A stretch of DNA of 33,244 nt from Candidatus Latescibacterota bacterium (lineage in GTDB: Bacteria > Latescibacterota > Latescibacteria > Latescibacterales > Latescibacteraceae), in NCBI GenBank assembly GCA_018656855.1, contig JABHYP010000199.1:1-33244 (forward strand), given 5' to 3'. Positions within the stretch are counted from its first letter, which is position 1, and each line of letters begins with the position of its first letter. The translations under genes and the position numbers were made by a program. Positions 26,448 to 33,244 of this stretch are shown here, one piece after another. Below the pieces are notes generated by a model. That model was given only the letters and a program-made list of their open reading frames with translations, was not told the DNA's origin and ran no database searches.

Positions 26448-26996
26448 GTGAAATTTATACCATTAAAGATACCAGATGTCATTTTGATTGAGATGGATGT
26501 TTTTGCAGACGATCGTGGTTTTTTCATTGAAACGTATCAGAAGCGGAAGTTTGCCGAAGCAGGAATAACAATTCCTTTTGTCCAGGACAATCATTCCGGT
26601 TCAAATCAAGGTGTCCTGCGTGGAATGCATTACCAGATAAAGCAGACACAGGGTAAGTTGGTTGGAGTGGTAACAGGAAATGTATATGATGTCGCTGTTG
26701 ACTTGCGCCGCAGCTCACCTACTTTTAAAAAATGGGTTGGTGTATCTCTTTCCCCTCAGGTAAAATCTCAATTGTGGATACCTCCTGGTTTTGCCCATGG
26801 ATTCTATGTGCTCAGCAAATGGGCTGAAATCAGATATATGACGACTGATTTTTATAATCCGGAGAGGGAACGAACTCTGATATGGAACGACCCTGAAATT
26901 GGAATAGAGTGGCCTTTGATAAACGATCAGCCTCCCATAATGTCAGCAAAAGATGCTAAAGGGATGTGCATGGCAGAGTCTGAAGTTTTTGAATAA
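26448..26996 (+). CDS. rmlC: dTDP-4-dehydrorhamnose 3,5-epimerase
   Basis: VKFIPLKIPDVILIE...FADDRGFFIETY...QDNHSGSNQGVLRGMHYQ...GKLVGVVTGNVYDVAVDLR..SPTF.KW is the full-length RmlC cupin pattern. GAGG lies 7 nt before the GTG at 26448 (track start TTG 26436). Confidence 0.9.
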   Translation: MKFIPLKIPDVILIEMDVFADDRGFFIETYQKRKFAEAGITIPFVQDNHSGSNQGVLRGMHYQIKQTQGKLVGVVTGNVYDVAVDLRRSSPTFKKWVGVSLSPQVKSQLWIPPGFAHGFYVLSKWAEIRYMTTDFYNPERERTLIWNDPEIGIEWPLINDQPPIMSAKDAKGMCMAESEVFE

Positions 26997-27048
26997 TTGA
27001 AACAAAAAAATCATAAAGTCTTTTGATCCTCGTTATTGTGGAAATAGT

Positions 27049-27471
27049 ATGCAAAACGTTCTTGTTACCGGCGGAGCCGGTTTTATTGGTTAAAATTTTG
27101 TCCGTTATCTGCTCAAAGTAGACTCTGACATTACTATTATCAACCTGGACGCTCTAACATATGCCGGCAGTCTGAAGGATTTGCCTGATCCCGGGCGGCA
27201 TATTATTGTCTTGGGCTATATCCTTGACCGTGAACTGGTTGCCGACCTGCTTCGGCGTTATCGTATCGATACAATCGTACATTTTGCGGCCGAGACACAT
27301 GTTGACCGTTCTATTCTCGATCTCGGACTGTTTATTGAGACCAATGTGACAGGCACATTTACGCTGCTGGAATGGTACCTTAATCACCCTGATTGGGTGG
27401 ATGCAATATCAAAACAGCCCGATTATCAGCAGTGGATGAAAAATAACTATGCAATGAGGGGAAAACAATGA
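27049..27471 (+). pseudogene. rmlB: dTDP-glucose 4,6-dehydratase with a premature TAA (codon 15) and an in-frame internal deletion of roughly 200 codons
   Basis: MQNVLVTGGAGFIG*NFVRYLL...NLDALTYAGS...HFAAETHVDRSI...TNVTGTFTLLEW joins directly to [31 protein letters not shown], which matches the extreme RmlB C-terminus (compare E. coli ...VEWYLANTQWVNNVKSGAYQSWIEQNYEGRQ). TAA at 27091-27093. The stop overlaps the rmlA ATG (ATGA at 27468-27471). Confidence 0.85.
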
Positions 27472-28334
27472 AAGGAATCATCCTTGCAGGAGGACGTAAC
27501 ACTCGCCTGTATCCTGTTACTCTCGAGGTAAACAAGCAGGTTTTACCGGTGTATGACAAACCGATGATTTATTACCCGCTCTCAATGCTGATGCTGGCGG
27601 ATATTCGGGATATTCTTATTATCAGCACTCCGGAGGCACTACCGGTATTTCGGCGTCTGCTCGGTGATGGCAGCCAGTGGGGACTCACGTTTTCCTACGC
27701 CGAACAGCCTGAACCCCGCGGTCTGGCCGATGCTTTCATTGTGGGGAGAGAGTTTGTCGGGAAAGATACAGTCTGCCTGATTCTCGGCGATAATATTTTC
27801 TACGGGCAAGGCTTACCAGGACAACTCCGTGAAGCGGCAAAAATCACAGATTGTGCAATTATTTTCGCTTACTCTGTGAGAGATCCCCAGCGTTACGGAA
27901 TTGTCGAGTTTGACGATAACGGGAAAGCTTTGAACATAGAAGAAAAACCAAAAAAACCCCGTTCAAACTTTGCTGTTCCGGGGATATATTTTTATGACAA
28001 CGAAGTACTTGACATTGCTGCAAACCTGCCACTTTCAGCCCGGGGAGAACTGGAAATTACCGATATAAATCAGAATTATCTCGAGCGCGGCAAATTACAG
28101 GTAGAAGTGATGGGGCGCGGCATTGCCTGGCTTGATGCCGGGACACATGAGTCGTTGCTTCAGGCAGCCAATTTCATTCAAGCTGTTGAAGAACGTCAGG
28201 GAATAATTATATCAAGCCCGGAAGAAATCGCTTATCGCATGGGATTTATTGATCGAAACGACTTACGGAATCTCGCAAAAAAACTCGACAAAAACCAATA
28301 TGGTCAATACCTACTTCGGTTATTGGAAGAATGA
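27468..28334 (+). CDS. rmlA: Glucose-1-phosphate thymidylyltransferase
   Basis: [16 protein letters not shown]...[32 protein letters not shown]...GDGSQWG...LGDNIFYG...YGIVEFD...[17 protein letters not shown]...[10 protein letters not shown]...[13 protein letters not shown] is full length (288 aa). The G-loop reads GGRNTRL instead of the canonical GGSGTRL. Confidence 0.9.
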   Translation: MKGIILAGGRNTRLYPVTLEVNKQVLPVYDKPMIYYPLSMLMLADIRDILIISTPEALPVFRRLLGDGSQWGLTFSYAEQPEPRGLADAFIVGREFVGKDTVCLILGDNIFYGQGLPGQLREAAKITDCAIIFAYSVRDPQRYGIVEFDDNGKALNIEEKPKKPRSNFAVPGIYFYDNEVLDIAANLPLSARGELEITDINQNYLERGKLQVEVMGRGIAWLDAGTHESLLQAANFIQAVEERQGIIISSPEEIAYRMGFIDRNDLRNLAKKLDKNQYGQYLLRLLEE

Positions 28335-28837
28335 GACCTATTACTAGTATTGGAATCATGGTGTATATTTCACGTGCTCCGATACTCGGTTTTTTTTCTC
28401 GGGCTAATAATAATCTGGTTTAATCAATAATTACCGCATTATCATGAATTCTTGTACTACCGCTTTCGCGGATTATGTGCCATTAATTGTTTTAAGTTTC
28501 AGAATCGTCTATCATTCGGCTGATGTGACGTATTGAGAAAGGCAATCCATTTACGAACCATTCTAACCTGTCCAAAGAATGGGAGGCAGATCACTGTCTT
28601 GAGTTTCAAGTATGTATAAAAATCGGAAGAGTTCTTCTTATGAGACGTACATCTAAAATAGATATAATTAAATACACTTATTTGATGTCTTTGTATAGTG
28701 AAGAAACTATAGTTTTTCCCCTTCTTTTTCTTTTTATGTCTAAATACTCCGCAAAAGTCCGCGTTCCTTTTAAATTTAATGTTTAAAATTTCAAGTATTT
28801 TTGATTAACTTTCAACAAACAATTATTGAGGTTAAAA

Positions 28838-29164
28838 ATGCGAATTAGAAAATGTGTTGTTTTCTTGGTGTTGATTATGTATCTAAGTAGTTGCTCCTCA
28901 TACCGACATAACGACAGGTTTTTCGCTCCTGATAAGCTCTATCATTTTGCCGTTGCAGGCTCTATTGGAGCTGGAACAACTGTTGCAGCAGAAAGTAATG
29001 GCGCATCTCATAACTCGCCAATTATCGGCGTATCTGTTTCTGTTGGAGTTGGTGCAGGAAAGGAATTTTACGATCTGACCATCAAAGATACTTATTGGAG
29101 TTGGAAAGATATGTTTTGGAATTTGGCGGGAGGAATTGCTGGTAGTTATGCTGTTAAAAATTAA
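28838..29164 (+). CDS. Small lipoprotein, YfiM/DUF2279-like
   Basis: Signal peptide with lipobox LSSC. DKLYHFAVAGS...GAGKEFYD...WSWKDMFWNLAGGIAG parallels the YfiM pattern DK..HF....KE..D...SWKD....D..G. GAGG SD lies before the ATG at 28838 (track start TTG 28826). Confidence 0.6.
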   Translation: MRIRKCVVFLVLIMYLSSCSSYRHNDRFFAPDKLYHFAVAGSIGAGTTVAAESNGASHNSPIIGVSVSVGVGAGKEFYDLTIKDTYWSWKDMFWNLAGGIAGSYAVKN

Positions 29165-29300
29165 AATAAAGCCAACAACCGGTTTTAGACGACAATCGTT
29201 TGCTTTAATAGTATTTGTATACTGTCAATACTATCTGAAGCCCGGAGGCTGATTCTTGAGCGAAATCTCATTCGAGGAGGTAGTGTAATGGATTAACCAT

Positions 29301-29626
29301 GACAAGCTGTTTGATGAACTTAAGCACCTCAACCGCGAGCATTATTGGCATCAGAAGTTTCTTGTGGTATACAGGAAGAAACCACTATCTTGGGTGTACC
29401 GTGTATAACAAAGAGAAACAATACCGAGCGACCAATCACACTAGAATATGGCAGCAATGTTCTTGCTGGAACGGATTGTCATTGTATCTTTAATGTTTTC
29501 CGACTTATTGTAAAAGAAGGGAATAAGGTATTTTTACATCCCCTTTTGTGGGACGGTAAAGCTGCTGCCAGGATTCTTGATTGTTTAGAGCTTCAACTCA
29601 ACAAGTTTGCAAGAAATCCTAAATAG
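29301..29626 (+). pseudogene. wecB: UDP-N-acetylglucosamine 2-epimerase (non-hydrolysing, WecB-like), C-terminal about 100-codon fragment
   Basis: ...LASEVSCGIQEETTILGVPCITKRNNTERPITLEYGSNVLAGTD...HPLLWDGKAAARILDCL parallels WecB ...TDSGGIQEE...LG.P.L..R..TERPE....G...LVGTD...NPYGDGKA..RI. The N-terminal about 270 codons are absent, and stops and frame breaks lie upstream of 29345. Confidence 0.7.
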
Positions 29627-30026
29627 TTGAAGTATAAATATAATTGTTTTATTATCTATCGTTTATATTACTGCAAGTGCATTTTCTCAATAATCGCCAC
29701 AGAAGTTTTCCGAAGCTTTTTCAATAAGTACCTAAAAATATCCGTCAGAATATTGAAGAAATATATGAAACGTTATATATAAAATATAAGTATGTATGTA
29801 TGAATTATTACTGCAATTTATCTGTTGATCAGGAGCATTATTTACTGGGCAATTGACGTTGATGATACTTTTAAATGTGCATCTCTATTTGATATTGAAT
29901 GAAAGTGTGAAAATTATAAATATCAAGATTTTTAATTAATGTTTAAAAGCATATCTTTTGAAATTAATTGAATACATCATATATTTGCCGAGTGAATTAT
30001 TAATCATATAACCTTGATAGAATGTT

Positions 30027-31223
30027 ATGCCGAAACCAAGACTTATTATCTTCTTTTTTTTCTTTTTAGCTTGTAATATTACTTTTGCTTATTCACAGAT
30101 GAACAGTTTTAAAATGATGGCTGATTACCTCGCGGAATCAAGTCATCGTGATATCAATATTGTTGAGAATAATAATGTATTGAAAATATATTACTGGCCG
30201 ATTGGCTTTCGTGATGAATATCAAGGCTATGTTGATGCAAAGAAAACAGTATTGAAATATATAAATCAGATAGAGAATAATGGAATAGAATCTCTTGAAT
30301 TTATCCAGACTTCCTGGGGGATTCCGGTAATAACGACAAAGCTTTACAGGAAAAATGATATAAAAAGTGAAGTATTTGTAAAAGATTATCATGTATGTGA
30401 AAAAGTCCAGCCATCTCTTTTTCCCGCAAGGAAATTGTTATTACTTTTTGACATACCTGTTACAATGAATTTTGGCCAACCCTTTGATCCGTTTATTTTT
30501 AAAACAGGGATACGACCGGAATTACGTTTGAAAATTTGCAAAGGCGTTATCGCATATACACAGATTGAATTTTATATTCACAATGAATATGATGTTCATG
30601 AGTATGTGTATCCAGGTAGTACCGGTATATTGTTGATGAAAACAATAAATGATAATACTCTTACCTTCACAAATATAGGTATCATGGGGACTGATATCTA
30701 TGGGGTTGATGAAGAAATTAATATATCGTTGTACAACAATTTGTTTGCTCTGGAGTTTCACGGAGGTATTTATGGGGATTATGAATTCAAAAACAGCAAG
30801 TTTAAATATTATAAATTCGATAAAAACCTTGCCTTATTGAAATTTCTCTATTTCAATGAAAAGTATGATTGTGTTCTTAAATTTTTTGGAGGCCGATTTT
30901 TATACGGTGATAAGGGAGTTGGCTGTGAAATCTCGAGAGTTTTTAATGAAGTGGAAATCGGTTTCACTGGTATAAAATCAGGCGGGGATATTGCAGCGAA
31001 CGTATTCTTTTCAATTCCATTCTTTCCAAAATCAAGAAGATCACTAGCCAAACATGGTATAAGTTTTAAGAAGAGTTTTCATTGTAAATATTGGTATTAT
31101 TCCAATGACCTTGGGAAAGAACCTATGTTGCCAACGTCAATAAAAAGTATAACAGGTTATTCCAATCCACATCATTTTTCATTTATGTCAAAATTTTATA
31201 AAAATCATGATAACACTGAATAA
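30027..31223 (+). CDS. Secreted protein resembling the C-terminal two thirds of YjbH-family exopolysaccharide outer-membrane proteins
   Basis: Signal-like N-terminus MPKPRLIIFFFFFLACNITFAYS. Blocks NIVENNNVLKIYYWPIGFRDEYQG, DIPVTMNFGQPFDPFIFKTGIRPELRL and FFGGRFLYGDKGVGCEISRVFNEVEIGFTG parallel E. coli YjbH segments around residues 320-380, 450-500 and [28 protein letters not shown] (recalled from memory). Confidence 0.5.
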   Translation: MPKPRLIIFFFFFLACNITFAYSQMNSFKMMADYLAESSHRDINIVENNNVLKIYYWPIGFRDEYQGYVDAKKTVLKYINQIENNGIESLEFIQTSWGIPVITTKLYRKNDIKSEVFVKDYHVCEKVQPSLFPARKLLLLFDIPVTMNFGQPFDPFIFKTGIRPELRLKICKGVIAYTQIEFYIHNEYDVHEYVYPGSTGILLMKTINDNTLTFTNIGIMGTDIYGVDEEINISLYNNLFALEFHGGIYGDYEFKNSKFKYYKFDKNLALLKFLYFNEKYDCVLKFFGGRFLYGDKGVGCEISRVFNEVEIGFTGIKSGGDIAANVFFSIPFFPKSRRSLAKHGISFKKSFHCKYWYYSNDLGKEPMLPTSIKSITGYSNPHHFSFMSKFYKNHDNTE

Positions 31224-31272
31224 GTGTATAAGCCGGCCGAAAAGCGATAAGCAAAACACTGTATCAGCGAAT

Positions 31273-31380
31273 CATTATGGACATGGACAGTTAAATGAGC
31301 CAGGTTCATGGTGAACAGGAGGGATCTGCCTACAACGGCCATTTCGGGTGCACGTGTTTCCATCCTCTATTCTGTTTCAA
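31273..31380 (+). pseudogene. Fragment of an IS1380/IS4-superfamily DDE transposase (region around the first catalytic Asp)
   Basis: IIMDMDS*MSQVHGEQEGSAYNGHFGCTCFHPLFCF resembles the family block LDxDST....HG.QEG..YNG.Y....YHPL, with an in-frame TAA. No remainder of the gene is present. Confidence 0.5.
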
Positions 31381-31610
31381 GAGTTCTAGCGCGATACATA
31401 ACCTGTCTCGTAAAATGGATTTGTTTGGAAAATAATCAATATATAAATAAAATAAAAAAAATGTATCTATTTCGAATGTAACTAAATGTGATTATGTCAA
31501 CTGTTTAACTATTTAATTTTGGCTTTAATGAGGTATACACTTACGAAATTTAGATTTTATTTTATGAAAATCTCTTATTTAAGCTTAATTTAATATGTTA
31601 AGTTGGAAAG

Positions 31611-31633
31611 GTTGGAATTAATATAATTCCAAC
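31611..31633. repeat. Perfect 10-bp hairpin GTTGGAATTA-ATA-TAATTCCAAC at the 5' break of the integrase fragment
   Basis: Read directly. The right arm overlaps the first codon of the fragment. GTTGGAA also occurs as a direct repeat at 31602-31608. Confidence 0.6.
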
Positions 31634-31822
31634 GATTTACGCAGGGTCTTTTGTACATGGCTTTTAAAAGAAGGCGTTTCGCTTGATGTTATACGCGAGC
31701 TTGCAGGTCATATCGACCGGAGAACAACTGATCAGTATGCTAGTTTGAATCGCGCTGAGGTCGGGAAATTCCTCCAACTAATGCCCAGAATAATAAGACC
31801 TCAATCAACTGGCACAAACTGA
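31631..31822 (+). pseudogene. Tyrosine integrase, C-terminal 63-codon fragment (box II region) next to the tRNA-Ala gene
   Basis: NDLRRVFCTWLLKEGVSLDVIRELAGHIDRRTTDQYASL... fits the phage-integrase C-terminal pattern H-D-L-R-R-T-F...LGH....TT..Y (here H->N at the first position). There is no upstream coding continuation. Confidence 0.7.
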
Positions 31823-31886
31823 CACAAATAGCTCAATGAGCGTATCCCAAATGTGTCAGCAATGTTCGTAAGCGCTTGTTTTTACA

Positions 31887-31962
31887 TGGTGGAGCAGATC
31901 GGGATCGAACCGACGGCCTCATCCGTGCGAGGGATGCGCTCTCCCATCTGAGCTACTGCCCC
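31887..31962 (-). tRNA. tRNA-Ala: tRNA-Ala (anticodon CGC), 76 nt with encoded CCA
   Basis: The reverse complement GGGGCAGTAGCTCAGATGGGAGAGCGCATCCCTCGCACGGATGAGGCCGTCGGTTCGATCCCGATCTGCTCCACCA folds as a cloverleaf. It has a 7-bp acceptor stem with a G3:U70 pair, D stem GCTC/GAGC, anticodon stem CATCC/GGATG with loop CTCGCAC, and T loop TTCGATC. Confidence 0.95.
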
Positions 31963-32064
31963 ACCTGTTAATTCAAGATTCAAAGTTTGAAATTCAAAAT
32001 TTACACTATATTACAACAATATTATTTTTTTAGCTTCGCTTTCAGTTTTTTTCTTTTGCCTTCT

Positions 32065-32439
32065 TTACGCCTTTTCTATCCTTATCTTATTTGATTTCGC
32101 CGCAAGTTTCTTGAAAATTTTTGGATCTCCTTGTACTTTTCCTATTGTGTTAACAGGGCTTGCGGGACGTATCTCATCTTCAGTTGAACCCGGAGTGGCG
32201 CCGTAAAAAATACAGAACGCACTCCCGGGAGGCCAGTATCCAAGTTCACCCATTTCAACAACATCCCTTCCATTTTGCAAACCCGCTTTTACCGGAATCG
32301 AGAAATATATTTCATCACCCCATGTTGAAAATTCAGCATCAAGCGGCAGATTGTCGATAATCGCAAGTGCGGTGTCGGTGTCGTTCAATTCGGCCGGTAC
32401 TGATTCATTGTCAATGATAATAGAAACGGCAAGCGGCAT
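32065..32439 (-). CDS. Cyclophilin-like fold protein (TM1367-like family)
   Basis: ...AELNDTDTALAIIDNLPLDAEFSTWGDEIYFSIPV...GELGYWPPGSAFCIFYGATPGS...PVNTIGKV matches the family pattern L.dn.tA..i...LP....n.WG.EiYf...GdiaYWppG.a..iFfG.TP.S. Confidence 0.7.
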   Translation of the reverse strand: MPLAVSIIIDNESVPAELNDTDTALAIIDNLPLDAEFSTWGDEIYFSIPVKAGLQNGRDVVEMGELGYWPPGSAFCIFYGATPGSTEDEIRPASPVNTIGKVQGDPKIFKKLAAKSNKIRIEKA

Positions 32440-32807
32440 CCAAAATCCCCTTCTTTAAAATTTCCTGGCAAATACACTGAAAAAATATAACATGTGTGAT
32501 GTTGAGTGTAAAGTATAATGTTGTTCTCTCAAGCCTTTCTCCTCGCCACAAGAATTCAGGAATCAGAATTCCGGAGTTAGTGGAAAAACATTTCTCACAC
32601 AATATTATGATTATAAAAAGATTTATGTAATATTCGTATTCTCCGGTTTTTTCTTTTCATATTCTGAACACTATCTTCCGACTGCCGATTTCGTTTTCAC
32701 AGTAATATTACTCAATTATATTCACATTTATCAGGATGTTACAAATATCATCAAATTGATTTGTAGGATAGTCTCTGAATCTTTAGCTTTTACTCAAAAT
32801 TTTTCAC

Positions 32808-32836
32808 TTGACGTTTACCACAACATCTTGTATTAT
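32808..32836 (+). promoter_or_regulatory. Sigma-70-like promoter candidate for smc: TTGACG - 17 nt - TATTAT
   Basis: The -35 box at 32808-32813 matches 5/6 and the -10 box at 32831-32836 matches 5/6, with a 17-nt spacer. It lies 51 nt upstream of the smc ATG. Confidence 0.4.
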
Positions 32837-32886
32837 TCTCACTAATATATACTATATATAATGTTTATTGCAAAGGAACGACAAGG

Positions 32887-33244
32887 ATGAGGCTGTCACG
32901 GCTCGAAATATACGGGTTCAAGTCCTTCGCCAAAAAGCTCGATCTGAAACTAACCGGCGGCATCACTGCTATCGTGGGACCAAACGGCTGCGGCAAGACT
33001 AACGTGGTTGATGCCATCCGCTGGGTACTCGGAGAACAGCGTCCTACTCAGATACGTCTGGACTGTATGGAGGATGTCCTGTTCAAGGGTTCTGTGACCA
33101 GGAAACAGCTTGGCATGTCCGAGGTGTCTCTCACCATAGAAAATAATTCAGGACGTCTCCCTGTAAATACACCTGAAATATCAATAACCCGGAGACTGTT
33201 CCGCTCCGGCGAGTCGGATTACCAGCTCAACAGGACATCATGCC
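32887..33244 (+). CDS. smc: Chromosome segregation protein SMC, N-terminal part (continues beyond the window)
   Basis: MRLSRLEIYGFKSFAKKLDLKLTGGITAIVGPNGCGKTNVVDAIRWVLGEQ is the SMC N-terminal Walker A head signature. AAGGA lies upstream, and there is no stop before the window end. It is absent from the ORF track because the ORF is open-ended. Confidence 0.9.
   Translation, partial: MRLSRLEIYGFKSFAKKLDLKLTGGITAIVGPNGCGKTNVVDAIRWVLGEQRPTQIRLDCMEDVLFKGSVTRKQLGMSEVSLTIENNSGRLPVNTPEISITRRLFRSGESDYQLNRTSC

Noticed and set aside
27154-27471. ORFs 27154-27387 (-) and 27181-27471 (+) as genes.
   Set aside because: The plus ORF is the downstream part of the rmlB pseudogene after its premature TAA. 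The minus ORF is antisense to it.
28375-28400. Rho-independent terminator after rmlA (CCGA-TAC-TCGG followed by T8).
   Set aside because: The stem is only 4 bp, too weak to call, although the T-run is suggestive.
7338-29626. Attributing all pseudogenes to sequencing or assembly error.
   Set aside because: Lesions include nonsense substitutions, deletions of hundreds of codons and missing gene halves, not just homopolymer indels. Long neighbouring ORFs (935, 580, 519 and 444 aa) are uninterrupted. Individual frameshifts, especially at 7487-7501, still deserve a check against reads.
32160-32602. ORFs 32160-32360 (+) and 32411-32602 (-).
   Set aside because: The first is antisense to the cyclophilin-like gene. 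The second overlaps that gene's start and the upstream promoter region, and it has no motif or SD.
1-33244. CRISPR arrays, rRNA genes, known defence or toxin-antitoxin modules, and integron attC-type sites.
   Set aside because: No regularly spaced direct repeats are present, and I recognised no ribosomal RNA signatures or defence-gene motifs. The 85-bp element lacks the inverse-core/core (RYYYAAC...GTTRRRY) symmetry of attC sites.

Overview
AT-rich (about 30-35% GC by eye) bacterial chromosomal segment; genes mostly carry Shine-Dalgarno motifs, and I cannot assign a taxon. Positions 125-21302 are a plus-strand Wzx/Wzy-type polysaccharide (capsule/EPS/O-antigen-like) locus. It holds a Wza-like multi-SLBB exporter, a Wzz-like co-polymerase, a MenD-like TPP enzyme, a pyruvyl transferase, a flippase, a methyltransferase, a Wzy-like polymerase, three glycosyltransferases, an acetyltransferase, a Gfo/Idh/MocA oxidoreductase and a YjbH-N-like outer-membrane protein. 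The locus is visibly eroded: the priming sugar transferase lacks its N-terminus, an SDR carries 3 frameshifts plus a nonsense codon, and several gene stumps remain. Positions 21303-30026 are a mosaic of relics. These are a 5'-truncated IS200/IS605 tnpA, a GC-rich (about 50%) two-gene cassette bracketed by near-identical 85-bp direct repeats, and two non-identical rmlC-rmlB modules that both lack a functional rmlB. There is also a decayed small tyrosine recombinase, an intact-looking rmlA with an altered G-loop, a YfiM-like lipoprotein and a wecB stump. A third, diverged copy of the 85-bp element lies at 4892-4967. A YjbH-C-like ORF (30027-31223) complements the YjbH-N-like ORF 8.7 kb upstream. 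The right end carries an IS1380-like fragment, an integrase C-terminal stump, tRNA-Ala(CGC), a cyclophilin-like protein and the 5' end of smc. I found no CRISPR array, rRNA or recognisable defence system. The most unexplained signal is the sharp-edged 85-bp element sitting at gene breakpoints.
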